Part shown: positions 29,038 through 38,149 of the stretch, in pieces | Position numbering within the stretch: position 1 is the first letter of the stretch | Layout: each line of letters opens with the position of its first letter | Assembly (NCBI GenBank): GCA_016204995.1 | Contig: JACQJR010000001.1 | Coordinates: 28,548 to 92,547 of the forward strand | Direction: 5' to 3' | Source: Candidatus Microgenomates bacterium | GTDB taxonomy: Bacteria > Patescibacteriota > Microgenomatia > UBA8517 > JACQJR01 | Length of the DNA stretch: 64,000 bases | The notes under the pieces: model-generated | Databases searched by the model: none | What the model was told of the DNA's origin: nothing | Seen by the model: only the letters and a program-made list of their open reading frames with translations | Program-made: the position numbers and the translations under genes

Positions 29038-29598
29038 TTATCGTCTAAAATCCTCTCTGTCTATAAAGTCTGGTAATGCGTTTTCGTTGATTTCTCTTGC
29101 AATCTCTCTAGTGGGTACTTTAGAAGGATCAAATAGTTGTATTTCAACGTCTACACCCATATTCGCTTTTAATTGTTGGATTAATTCTTGAGCAACTGTT
29201 TCTAATTCTGGATTTTTATCTCTTATCAATAATTTCCTAACTTTATTCCAATCTAAATTCCCTTTATAAAAAAACTGATGAGGATCAGTTATATGTGGTA
29301 AGATATTATCTTCGTCTAACCCTTCAATTTGCAAAATAATTGGATGAATAGGTTTTTTAACCTCTAAAATCTTTCCGGAAGGAAAAGGTAAAGTTCCAAT
29401 AATTTCATCAGATTTTTCTAATCCATAGTGTGCATCTAAAATTAGTCCTAATTCATCACTCATCCAAATACCTCTTAAATTACCAGTAGAATCATGATGT
29501 AATTTTGAATAGCCAGTTAGTTGATCTCTAGTAACCGCTTCTTTTAATCGAGCTTGGGATATTGAATGATAGAAAATATTTGGAAAAGATTTAGACAT
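29038..29598 (-). CDS. Hypothetical protein (AT-rich orphan)
   Basis: 186-aa ORF, TATAAT 6 nt before the ATG; no family recognised. Confidence 0.6.
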   Translation of the reverse strand: MSKSFPNIFYHSISQARLKEAVTRDQLTGYSKLHHDSTGNLRGIWMSDELGLILDAHYGLEKSDEIIGTLPFPSGKILEVKKPIHPIILQIEGLDEDNILPHITDPHQFFYKGNLDWNKVRKLLIRDKNPELETVAQELIQQLKANMGVDVEIQLFDPSKVPTREIAREINENALPDFIDREDFRR

Positions 29599-29704
29599 AT
29601 CTTGATTATACTATTTTTCTTCCTCTAATTCTTTATAAATATTCATAAACTGATTAAAGTGAGTTAGAAAGTTAAATAGAATTAGTTCAAAATAATTTGC
29701 ATCC

Positions 29705-29819
29705 GGTGCTCCAGCAGACGGTTCAATCGTGCACCTCGCGACTTGCGAAACACCTTGAGCAATAAAGCGAGGTAAACGATATCGGTTTCCTAAACCGTTA
29801 TTCTGGTATCCCGCTCAAG
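29705..29819. ncRNA. Candidate structured RNA (long hairpin)
   Basis: ccag..gacggtt/aaccgtt..ctgg, atcgt/acgat, acctcgc/gcgaggt; alternative pairing cttgagc/gctcaag. Confidence 0.35.
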
Positions 29820-29915
29820 TGAATTGAAATCTTACGCTTACACCTTCGGGGTGTCTTCCGATTACACCTAGGGTTTCACAGACTACAGATAGACAAACTT
29901 GCTATAATGAGCTAG

Positions 29916-30380
29916 ATGACTAAGAAACTTCTGGTTGTCCTATTAGGAATTTTTATTTATTTTTCCCTTTCATTTTTTACTTGGTTGTTTATCCCCTCTC
30001 CGTCTTGGTGGTTAACTACGGCTGTAGTAGGCATAATCACTTTTTTTATCCTCTTTAAATTCACCAAAATCTCACTTATATCAAGGACTGTCACCGCAAC
30101 TTATGGACTTATGGCAGTTTTTCTGGGTTTTATTACCGCTTTTATCTATTCTGACATTGCTCATGATTATGCTATGTGGAAGGTTTGCATTCCAGCTATA
30201 CAGGAAAAGTATAATTTAAGCCCTAATGGTGACAATCAAGGAAAAGATCCACAAAACCAAAAAGGAGAATTCAGATCATGGTATCAGCATCTTGAATGCG
30301 AGAATAAAATTATGCCTATTCCATGGGGAAAGCACGCCCAATTTTCTGAAAATCCCCCCGGTTGGGTAAGTCAAAAATAG
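29916..30380 (+). CDS. Hypothetical membrane protein (3 TM)
   Basis: Three hydrophobic segments; TGcTATAAT 7 nt before the ATG. Confidence 0.65.
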   Translation: MTKKLLVVLLGIFIYFSLSFFTWLFIPSPSWWLTTAVVGIITFFILFKFTKISLISRTVTATYGLMAVFLGFITAFIYSDIAHDYAMWKVCIPAIQEKYNLSPNGDNQGKDPQNQKGEFRSWYQHLECENKIMPIPWGKHAQFSENPPGWVSQK

Positions 30381-30413
30381 GACAAGTTGTAGCCTGACAC
30401 CTTTCAGGTGACC

Positions 30414-30479
30414 TAGGTAAATCACCTCTAAGGTGTAGGTAAATCACCTCTAAGGTGTAGGTAAATCACCTCTAAGGTG
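30414..30479. repeat. 3 x 22-bp perfect tandem repeat with CACCT-cta-AGGTG hairpin
   Basis: taggtaaatcacctctaaggtg repeated at 30414, 30436 and 30458. Confidence 0.95.
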
Positions 30480-30497
30480 GATTACTATTGACACCTC

Positions 30498-31667
30498 TTA
30501 AACCCTAAATCCCAAAACTTCATATAATTTTTTTAATTCTCGGCTAGAATTAGTTTTGGCAATCTGGAGTAACAATCCTAAAACTTGAGGAGTATTAAGA
30601 TTATCATCCATAAACGAAGTAAATTCATGTAATCTGGAAGCAGATTGCGCTGATATATCATTTTTGGCAATAACAGATTCTACTATTCCCACATCTTTTT
30701 GGGCTTCTTTTAAATCCCCATCTTTAAATTCCCAATCTTTTTGCCAGTTATGAGATAGAAGCAGCCAGCGAATAGAATTGGGGGAATATTTTTTTAATAA
30801 ATCAGAAATCATGACCAAATTTCCCTTAGATTTACTCATTTTGGCGCCCTCGTAAAAAACTGCTCCTGTATGCAACCAATATTTTACGAAGGGAATTTTG
30901 CCGGTCGCCCCTTCTGATTGAGCAATTTCTGCTTCATGATGAGGGAAAATTAAATCCTTACCACCACCATGAATATCTATTAATTCATCTAGAGAGGAAA
31001 TACTCATGGCCGAGCATTCAATATGCCAACCCGGCCGGCCCAGCCCCCAAGGACTAGTAAATTTGGGGATATAAGGCGGTTGATTTTGCCAAGCAGCTCT
31101 CCATAAAGTTATATCCAGAGGTTGTTTTTTGTCTTGATTATCTACGTCTTCTTCAAAATCACGGGCTATTTTTAACATCTGCTGGGCAGATAATTTAGAC
31201 AACTTACCGTAATCATCAACCCGTGAAATATCCGAATAAACACTGCCATTTATCTGGTAAGCCATTTTGTTATCCAAAAGTTTTTGTATTAAATTAATCA
31301 TGGCGGGAATTTGCTGTGAGGCATAGAGATAATTAGTGGGGGCTAGCCAATTAAGAGTTTGCATATCTGTTAAAAATTTCTCTGTCCAATACTGGGCCAA
31401 TTTATTCCAAGCAATATTTTGTTCTTTAGCTCTTTGTAAAATATCTTTATCGCGATCGTTAATATCAGTCACATTTTGTGTATAAGTCACTTTATATCCC
31501 TGAAATTTTAAATACCTAATAAGCGCATCAAAGAAAATGTAGGTAAAAGCGTGACCTAAATGAGTAGTATCGTAAGGAGTAATTCCGCAAACGTAGAGCG
31601 AAACCTGTTTGTCATTTAAGGGAATAAAATCTTCTTTACTTCCATTAAGCGAATTAAATAACTTCAT
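30498..31667 (-). CDS. MshC-like cysteine ligase (CysRS catalytic core without anticodon-binding domain)
   Basis: YVCGITPYDTTHLGHAFTY, QNVTD, GRPGWHIECSAM, DLIFPHHE, KMSKS; only 389 aa, ending shortly after DDNLNTP. Confidence 0.75.
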   Translation of the reverse strand: MKLFNSLNGSKEDFIPLNDKQVSLYVCGITPYDTTHLGHAFTYIFFDALIRYLKFQGYKVTYTQNVTDINDRDKDILQRAKEQNIAWNKLAQYWTEKFLTDMQTLNWLAPTNYLYASQQIPAMINLIQKLLDNKMAYQINGSVYSDISRVDDYGKLSKLSAQQMLKIARDFEEDVDNQDKKQPLDITLWRAAWQNQPPYIPKFTSPWGLGRPGWHIECSAMSISSLDELIDIHGGGKDLIFPHHEAEIAQSEGATGKIPFVKYWLHTGAVFYEGAKMSKSKGNLVMISDLLKKYSPNSIRWLLLSHNWQKDWEFKDGDLKEAQKDVGIVESVIAKNDISAQSASRLHEFTSFMDDNLNTPQVLGLLLQIAKTNSSRELKKLYEVLGFRV

Positions 31668-31668
31668 T

Positions 31669-32358
31669 TCAAGCCGGGAGAGTTAATTTGACAAATCCCT
31701 CGGCATATTTATAACCCCTCTTTTTTCCTAAAATTCTATTCCATTTTTTGACTCTTTCCAAAGCCTGCTTACTGATTTGGGTAGTATGAGCTTCCAAGGC
31801 TTGTAGCTTAAGCTCTAAAGTATCAGAAATATCAATAATTTCTGTTGGGTGATCAAAATTAGTAAGATATAAAGTAGAGACTTTATATGGCGACAGAGCT
31901 TCTTTTTCCAACTCCTTAAAAGTCAAGCGATCGCGAGCCAGGGGAAACACAGCATCTAAAGCAGCAAGACCCGCTGCCCGATGATCAGTATGATTAATAA
32001 AACCCCTCTCTACAGAATAAACAAAAGTGGGGTCTAAAGTTACGACAATATCCGGCTTCACTTTACGAATTAGCCGCACAATTTCCTTTTTCAGAGTTAA
32101 ATCGGCTACTAATTGAGTATCTTTGTGATTAAGAAAAAAAACTTCCTTTATTCCCAAAATTTTGGCAGCTGTTCGCTGCTCTGCTTTTCTTAAAGCTATT
32201 AATTTTTGTTCGGTCATTTTAGGGTCATCAGAGCCCTTACAACCATCAGTACAAATTAAGTAATAGCAAGAAGCACCTTCTTTAACCCATTTGGCAAAGG
32301 TGCCAGAAGCAGAAAAATCTAAATCGTCCGGATGTGCTGCCACTCCCAATACCACCAT
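31669..32358 (-). CDS. PIG-L/LmbE family de-N-acetylase (MshB/Mca/BshB-like)
   Basis: AAHPDD, TDG.KG, R..EQ..AA..LG, NHTDH, H.TQ. Confidence 0.9.
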   Translation of the reverse strand: MVVLGVAAHPDDLDFSASGTFAKWVKEGASCYYLICTDGCKGSDDPKMTEQKLIALRKAEQRTAAKILGIKEVFFLNHKDTQLVADLTLKKEIVRLIRKVKPDIVVTLDPTFVYSVERGFINHTDHRAAGLAALDAVFPLARDRLTFKELEKEALSPYKVSTLYLTNFDHPTEIIDISDTLELKLQALEAHTTQISKQALERVKKWNRILGKKRGYKYAEGFVKLTLPA

Positions 32359-32409
32359 AACAGTAATAATTATACCAAATTATTGACATCTACTATATTT
32401 TGATATATT

Positions 32410-32856
32410 ATGCTGGAAAGCTGCTTCTGCTCCTCGCCCGATAGTATGCCGCATCCAGAAAGAAAACCTATATTGAATGTTCAAAGCATGATATTATGCC
32501 GTAATTATGATATAGATTTTGATACTCCTTTAAGAGAAGCCGAAATTAGAAAAAGGCTAAGAGAAAATGCTAGGCCTTTGTTGGAAATAAAAAGAGCAGC
32601 TATTATTGATGAATTAAAATTATACGAAAAGCAAATTGTTGATATAGTCAGTGGTAATTCTAAACTTCTTCCTAAGACAGAAGAAGATAAGGTAAAAAGA
32701 ATTGTGGGAGAATTAGAAATTGGCGCTCCCAGATTATCTTGGGCTGGTACTTCTCCTGAAAAACCGATGGAGGAAAGAAGAGAAGAATTTCTAAAGGAAG
32801 CTAAAACGATTAACGAACCTGGATTAAGAGTTATTACACCAAACTCCGCTGCTTAA
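32410..32856 (+). CDS. Hypothetical protein
   Basis: 148-aa ORF filling the gap between two minus-strand genes; TTGACA/TATATT upstream. Confidence 0.5.
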   Translation: MLESCFCSSPDSMPHPERKPILNVQSMILCRNYDIDFDTPLREAEIRKRLRENARPLLEIKRAAIIDELKLYEKQIVDIVSGNSKLLPKTEEDKVKRIVGELEIGAPRLSWAGTSPEKPMEERREEFLKEAKTINEPGLRVITPNSAA

Positions 32857-33948
32857 TTATTTAATCACTTTGTAAATTACTCCTGACTTATCGTCTGATA
32901 TATATAAATCACCTGCTTTATCAAAGATTAAATCTACTGGTCTACCGCTAACTTGATCTCCTTGCAGAAAATCAGCCATAAAATCTTCCTGGCTAGTAAT
33001 TTTATTCTCTTCCACTTTAAGTTTGATTATTTTATAACCGACTGGCACTGAACTATTCCAAGAACCATGTAAAGCTACTAATAAATCCCCTTCTGGGGTG
33101 AAGGTTAACCCTAAAGGCGCACAATGTGCACAAATTTCATAAAGAGGCGCCTGGGTGTTTGTACAATCATTTTTGCCTAAACTGGCATCAAATTTGGTAT
33201 CGGGAATTCTGTTGCCATAGCAACGTGGCCAACCATAGTCGTGATTCTCCTCCAAAATATTGATCTCATCCGGCGGTAAATTATCACCTAAAAAGTCTCT
33301 ACCCATCTCTGTAGCCCAGATCTTGTCAGTTTGTGGGTTAAGAGTGATAAAAACTGAATTGCGCAATCCGCGGCTAAAAAGACGAGGATTGTTGCCTTCG
33401 CTATCCGAAACAATGACACTAGCCAGCCACGGATGTTTTTCCTCACATACATCGCATGAAGAACCTATGGAAACAAACATTTCACCTTTTTTGTTAAAAG
33501 CAATCGTTCTGGTAAAATGTCTACCGCCTTTGGGCAAACTAAATAGTACTTTATCTTGCTTTGCTGCCAATTTTTCTTCATCCCAGAAATAGCGGACAAC
33601 CATTTCCTCTTCTGCCACGAATAATTTATTCTTATAAAAGGCCAAACCATGTGGTCGGTCCAAATTTGACAGAATGACCTTATTTTGGTCAGCCTGATTA
33701 TCACTATTTTTATCTGGCAAAGCTAATACGTGGCCGAAGGCGGGAACTGACACTAGCAGGGTTCCGCCCGGTGAGAATTCTAAATCCCGAGCATTACCCA
33801 AATTTCGGGCAAAAATGGCTCTTTGAGAGTTATTATTTGAAGATGGAGGCAATATTGCCGGCCTGACATCTCCGAGCCAATTTTTAATACCAAAAAGTAG
33901 TCCGCCTAAGATAATCACCAGCAATAAAAGTCTGAAAATTTTACTCAT
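32857..33948 (-). CDS. PQQ-dependent glucose/sorbosone dehydrogenase family beta-propeller
   Basis: RPHGL, H.TRTI.F, GSSCDVC, GLRNS, EMGRD.LGD.LPPDEIN, YGWP, HGSWN, GRPVD. Confidence 0.9.
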   Translation of the reverse strand: MSKIFRLLLLVIILGGLLFGIKNWLGDVRPAILPPSSNNNSQRAIFARNLGNARDLEFSPGGTLLVSVPAFGHVLALPDKNSDNQADQNKVILSNLDRPHGLAFYKNKLFVAEEEMVVRYFWDEEKLAAKQDKVLFSLPKGGRHFTRTIAFNKKGEMFVSIGSSCDVCEEKHPWLASVIVSDSEGNNPRLFSRGLRNSVFITLNPQTDKIWATEMGRDFLGDNLPPDEINILEENHDYGWPRCYGNRIPDTKFDASLGKNDCTNTQAPLYEICAHCAPLGLTFTPEGDLLVALHGSWNSSVPVGYKIIKLKVEENKITSQEDFMADFLQGDQVSGRPVDLIFDKAGDLYISDDKSGVIYKVIK

Positions 33949-33995
33949 AATCTAATTGTACTACTGATGTGGTTGGCGACGCTTTATCTGGTAAT

Positions 33996-34553
33996 TTACA
34001 AAGTATTAAGAAGATAATTATCTTTAGGTATTGGATCGTGCTGTTGATGTTCTGGCACTAAACGAGCGTTCTTCATATTAATAATCAGAATCGCTGGTTG
34101 GTCTTCTGTTCTTACTTGATGTCTTTCTCCTGGTCGCACAATATGTGAGCTTTTTGCTTTGAAGGACCTATCTTCTATATCAAGAGTACCATATTCAATA
34201 AAATAACGTTCATTAATTGGCTCGCGATGAGTATGGTTTGAGGTTTTAGACCATGGTGGTAAAATTGATACCAGAATCCGATCATTACCCTTATAAGTAT
34301 CTATAAAATATAGAGCTTCTGATCCAGTATGTGGTTTAGGGGGGCAGTGGAAATCTAAACCCTCAAAATTAAGTATAACTAAACCATTTTTTAGATAAGG
34401 TAAATTTAATTGGTCCAGGTTGAATACCGTATAGTATTGACAATCACGAAAGTTAACATTATATAAGCGGAAAGTTTCTACTACATAGATCGCGGGATGG
34501 GCTATTTCTATCTGTTCTGGCTGCGGCCTACGATCAATCTCACGAAGGACCAT
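33996..34553 (-). CDS. Cupin-domain hypothetical protein
   Basis: TSNHTH...E.Y....G.L and PGERHQV cupin motifs; start moved to ATG 34553 (TATAAT upstream). Confidence 0.6.
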   Translation of the reverse strand: MVLREIDRRPQPEQIEIAHPAIYVVETFRLYNVNFRDCQYYTVFNLDQLNLPYLKNGLVILNFEGLDFHCPPKPHTGSEALYFIDTYKGNDRILVSILPPWSKTSNHTHREPINERYFIEYGTLDIEDRSFKAKSSHIVRPGERHQVRTEDQPAILIINMKNARLVPEHQQHDPIPKDNYLLNTL

Positions 34554-34620
34554 CAAATATAAATTATAATAAAGTTGCACCTTGACTGTCAACCGCAGAT
34601 AGTATAATTTGCTCTTTACT

Positions 34621-35805
34621 ATGAAACTGAAAATTCTACTCTTGCCAAGTGCTTTGGCTTTAATAATAACTCTTTTTACCAGTTTAGTTTATGCCGCCAG
34701 TGATCCCTTAGGGGTTCATAACAATAAATTTGGCATCCATATTATTTCTCCCATTGAGGAGGAAGTAAAATCAGCGGCTAATCTCGTTAATTCTAGCGGC
34801 GGGGATTGGGGGTATGTGGCGGTGGTAATTCGCTCTGATGATATGGATAAAGCCAAATGGCAGCAATTTTTTGATCTTTTATCCCGTTATCACTTAATTC
34901 CACTAGTTCGCCTGGCTACTAAACCAGCAGGCAATTACTGGCAAAAACCGTCCTTAGATGATAGTAAAAAATGGGCTGATTTTTTAGATAACTTGAAATG
35001 GCCAACTCAAAATCGTTATGTCATTGTCTACAACGAACCAAATCATGGCCAAGAATGGGGTAATTCTGTTGATCCGACTGGTTATGCCCAAATTTTGGAT
35101 ACTACCATTGATGTCTTAAAAGCTAAATCGGTGGATTTTTTTGTCTTAAATGCCGGGTTTGACGCTTCTGCGCCCCATAACCCGCCTTATTTTTTTGATG
35201 AAAAATTGTTTTTAGACGAAATGGAAAAAGCCAAGCCGGGAATTTTGGCAAAATTAGACGGTTGGGTTTCTCATTCCTATCCTAATCCTGGTTTCCGTGG
35301 ACTACCACTTGACCGAGGCAGAGGTAGTATCACTACTTTTAAATGGGAGCAGAAGTTGCTTTTTGAAATGGGAGTAAAAAAGAAATTACCAGTTTTTATT
35401 ACCGAAACCGGTTGGGTTCATGCCGAAGGAGTCAGATACGATAAATCTCTGCCCAATTCTGAAACTATCGGCCAATATCTAAAAAAGGCTTATGAAACTG
35501 TCTGGATTGATCCGCAAATTGTGGTGGTGGCTCCTTTTTTACTGGATTATCAGGATGAGTTATTTGCCCATTTTTCTTTCAAAAAGTTGAACTATGGTCA
35601 AGTTTTGGCGGCCGAAACTGATGCATACTACCCTCAATATAAAATTATGGCCCAAATTCCTAAAATTGCAGGTCTGCCTATTATTCCCACACCATCGCCC
35701 TCACCTACCCCGCTTTCCCCTCAAAATATGACCGTCACCCCCTCTTCGTTTATTAGTGAAATTAAGCAGCTGGTTAATAAATGGCTTCAAATGCTGTTAA
35801 ACTGA
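34621..35805 (+). CDS. Secreted clan GH-A glycoside hydrolase-like protein
   Basis: Signal peptide; YNEPN (acid/base), SHSYP and FITETGW (nucleophile); Pro/Thr-rich tail. Confidence 0.75.
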   Translation: MKLKILLLPSALALIITLFTSLVYAASDPLGVHNNKFGIHIISPIEEEVKSAANLVNSSGGDWGYVAVVIRSDDMDKAKWQQFFDLLSRYHLIPLVRLATKPAGNYWQKPSLDDSKKWADFLDNLKWPTQNRYVIVYNEPNHGQEWGNSVDPTGYAQILDTTIDVLKAKSVDFFVLNAGFDASAPHNPPYFFDEKLFLDEMEKAKPGILAKLDGWVSHSYPNPGFRGLPLDRGRGSITTFKWEQKLLFEMGVKKKLPVFITETGWVHAEGVRYDKSLPNSETIGQYLKKAYETVWIDPQIVVVAPFLLDYQDELFAHFSFKKLNYGQVLAAETDAYYPQYKIMAQIPKIAGLPIIPTPSPSPTPLSPQNMTVTPSSFISEIKQLVNKWLQMLLN

Positions 35806-35823
35806 TATAATAAATGGTAACTT

Positions 35824-35895
35824 GCCGGGGTAACTCAGTGGTAGAGTAGCTCTTTCGTAAAGAGCAAGTCGTGGGTTCGAATCCCACCTCCGGCT
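35824..35895 (+). tRNA. tRNA-Thr(CGT)
   Basis: GCCGGGG/CTCCGGC acceptor stem, GCTCT-TT CGT AA-AGAGC, GGTTCGAATCC; TGaTATAAT upstream. Confidence 0.95.
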
Positions 35896-35906
35896 CTTTT
35901 TTTGAG

Positions 35907-36215
35907 ATGTATTATTTATATATTTTACGAAGCTTGAGAGATGGCAAATTATACATCGGAGCGACTAACAATTTAAGTAGGCGTATAAAACAACATAATG
36001 ATGGTTTCTCAAAATCAACCAGATACCGAAGGCCATTTATTTTAATTTATTCTGAACATTTTGCCTCCAAAAATGAAGCCATGAAAAGAGAGTGGTGCTT
36101 TAAAAATACTGGTGAAGGTAATAAACTAATGAGAAAATTAATTGAGGAGTGTGAAAGAAAGTTGTGGGCCCCGAAGGGGCGCCTTCGGCGTTCGACTCCA
36201 CCCGTCGGCTCATAA
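35907..36215 (+). CDS. GIY-YIG nuclease family protein
   Basis: MYYLYILRS...LYIGATNNL.RR..QHN.G...T...RP..L.Y.E......A..RE. Confidence 0.9.
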   Translation: MYYLYILRSLRDGKLYIGATNNLSRRIKQHNDGFSKSTRYRRPFILIYSEHFASKNEAMKREWCFKNTGEGNKLMRKLIEECERKLWAPKGRLRRSTPPVGS

Positions 36216-36217
36216 AT

Positions 36218-36931
36218 ATGAGAAAATATTCCCGAATGGTATCCATTGAACAAAGGAGAAACCGAAGGAAAACTTTTTATTATCTTTTTCTCTCCGGCTC
36301 TCTTTTTCTAATTTTAATTTTTGTCGGTATCCCAGCTTTGGCCAAAGTAATTACTGTCGTATCTGACTTTAAGCAACAGCCTAGCACTATTCTCAATAAC
36401 GACAAAATTCCCCCTTCACCGCCTCGTTTCACCACTTCTGATACCGCGACTAATTCTGCCCGCCTCACCTTAATAGGCTCTGCTGAACCCTCGTCTCACG
36501 TCACAGTTTACCAAAATGGCAAAGCCCTGGAAGAAGAATTAACTGATATTGAGGGACAATTTTCCCAAAAAGTTGTTCTTTTTGAAGGAGAAAATATCTT
36601 TGTGGCGCGCGCGCGCGATGAAGCTGGAAACACTAGTCAAAATTCTTCTCAACTGACAATCCAACTGGATAAAGATTTACCAGAAATTACTATCACGAGT
36701 CCTACCCAAACTACTTTTGCCGGTGGCGATGAACAAACAGTCATTATCAGTGGTAACACCAATAAACAGGTTAATTTAACGATTAATAATCGTTTTATCA
36801 CACTTGATGTTGACAATAAATTTTCTTATGCTGTCAAACTGGTTAGTGGCGATAATCAATTTAAAATTGTGGCCACCGATGATGCCGGTAACAGCGCAGA
36901 ACTTGATTTAACTCTTAACTTTACTCCCTAA
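36218..36931 (+). CDS. Membrane-anchored Ig-like (Big) domain protein
   Basis: One TM helix; G.AEP.S.V, GEN.F...A.D.AGN.S repeated twice; start at ATG 36218. Confidence 0.75.
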   Translation: MRKYSRMVSIEQRRNRRKTFYYLFLSGSLFLILIFVGIPALAKVITVVSDFKQQPSTILNNDKIPPSPPRFTTSDTATNSARLTLIGSAEPSSHVTVYQNGKALEEELTDIEGQFSQKVVLFEGENIFVARARDEAGNTSQNSSQLTIQLDKDLPEITITSPTQTTFAGGDEQTVIISGNTNKQVNLTINNRFITLDVDNKFSYAVKLVSGDNQFKIVATDDAGNSAELDLTLNFTP

Positions 36932-38149
36932 TGAATCCCTCCCCACTGCAAGCAGCGGGGTATCCCGCAAAAAGCGGGACAAGTTCTTTCGTGCGTTCAT
37001 CCCCGCAGCAGAGCTGCGAGGTATTCTCGCACAAAATAAAATTGCCATCCACCCTAAAACCCACGGGTAGAATAGGCTATTAGTAAACATAGAATGAAAA
37101 ATGACAGCGCTTAAACTGGCTAGTACCATAATTTCTCGCTTTCTCCCAAAAATTATCCAAATTCTTACAATGAGTGATAAAAATATCACTAAGCCAATTA
37201 CACCAGTAGTAACCAGGATAAAAAGAATACTATTGTCTACTCCGGCCGCCGCGTGAGATAAACTATCCTGGCGGACATACCGCAAAGTATCAAAGCCTAC
37301 TCCTAAAAGGGGAGAACTTTTGAAGATAGTTAAAGCTTCTTGCCAGTTTTGTAAACGTAATTCAATGCTGGTAGTCCGAGAAAGCCTTACTCCCTCGCCA
37401 GCCGGCCTTGGTAAAAATAAAATACCACTCAAAATTAATAAGAGTGATGTCGCCAAAAATACTGGTTTGCGCGTCATCCAACTTACCACACTCATACCGA
37501 TTAAAATTGCTCCATAGCCACTCCGCGAATATGTAAATAGTAAAGTGACAAAAAGAAAAAGCCAAATCAAAATATCTCTAGTCTTAACGCCAGGGGTTAA
37601 AATTAAAGCCAAAACTAAAATAATTGCTGTAAAATTGGGATCTAAAAATGTTCCCACAATTCTTTTATAATGTTCATCCCAGCCGAAAATAGTTAAAGGT
37701 CTTATATCTGATAAAAAAATATATTGCAGCCAGCCAAAAACAGCCAAGACCACCCCTAATAAAATTAGGCTATTTAATAAAGTTTTTCTGGTTGGTTTAT
37801 TTCTGGCTAAATTATAAACTGTCCCATAAAGCAAAATGTAACTAGCCAGGCGAATTAAATATAAAAAGCTGACGAATAATTCCCTCCATCCCAACCAAAA
37901 ACTAGCAGCTGAAAGTGATAATAAAGCGGCTAGTAAAAATCCTAATATATTACCAGCCAGCGGCGGCCACTTAAATTTTCCTTGCCAGATGCCAATTAAA
38001 TAAATTACACTTATCAACACAACCACTAAATCAGTTAAATAAATAGAAACTTCCGGTGAATCAAAAAAAGTAATGGGTAATCGTGCTAATTGTCCGAAAG
38101 GAAAAAGCGCTAAATAGCCAAGAAGTAACCAATTTAAAAGACGAGTCAT
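36908..38149 (-). CDS. O-antigen ligase/polymerase-like membrane protein
   Basis: R.VGTFLDPN, TYSRSG, R...W..A...F...PLLGVG, DNS; about 12 TM; start probably ATG 38149. Confidence 0.85.
   Translation of the reverse strand: MTRLLNWLLLGYLALFPFGQLARLPITFFDSPEVSIYLTDLVVVLISVIYLIGIWQGKFKWPPLAGNILGFLLAALLSLSAASFWLGWRELFVSFLYLIRLASYILLYGTVYNLARNKPTRKTLLNSLILLGVVLAVFGWLQYIFLSDIRPLTIFGWDEHYKRIVGTFLDPNFTAIILVLALILTPGVKTRDILIWLFLFVTLLFTYSRSGYGAILIGMSVVSWMTRKPVFLATSLLLILSGILFLPRPAGEGVRLSRTTSIELRLQNWQEALTIFKSSPLLGVGFDTLRYVRQDSLSHAAAGVDNSILFILVTTGVIGLVIFLSLIVRIWIIFGRKREIMVLASLSAVIFHSMFTNSLFYPWVLGWMAILFCARIPRSSAAGMNARKNLSRFLRDTPLLAVGRDSLGSKVKS
36932..37032. mobile_element. IS200/IS605-end-like miniature element
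   Basis: Two related hairpins ccccactgcaagcagcggggtat and ccccgcagcagagctgcgaggtat flanking tcccgcaaaaagcggga; no transposase. Confidence 0.55.

Noticed and set aside
30414-30479. Possible CRISPR array
   Set aside because: The units are contiguous with no spacers, and no cas genes are in the window.
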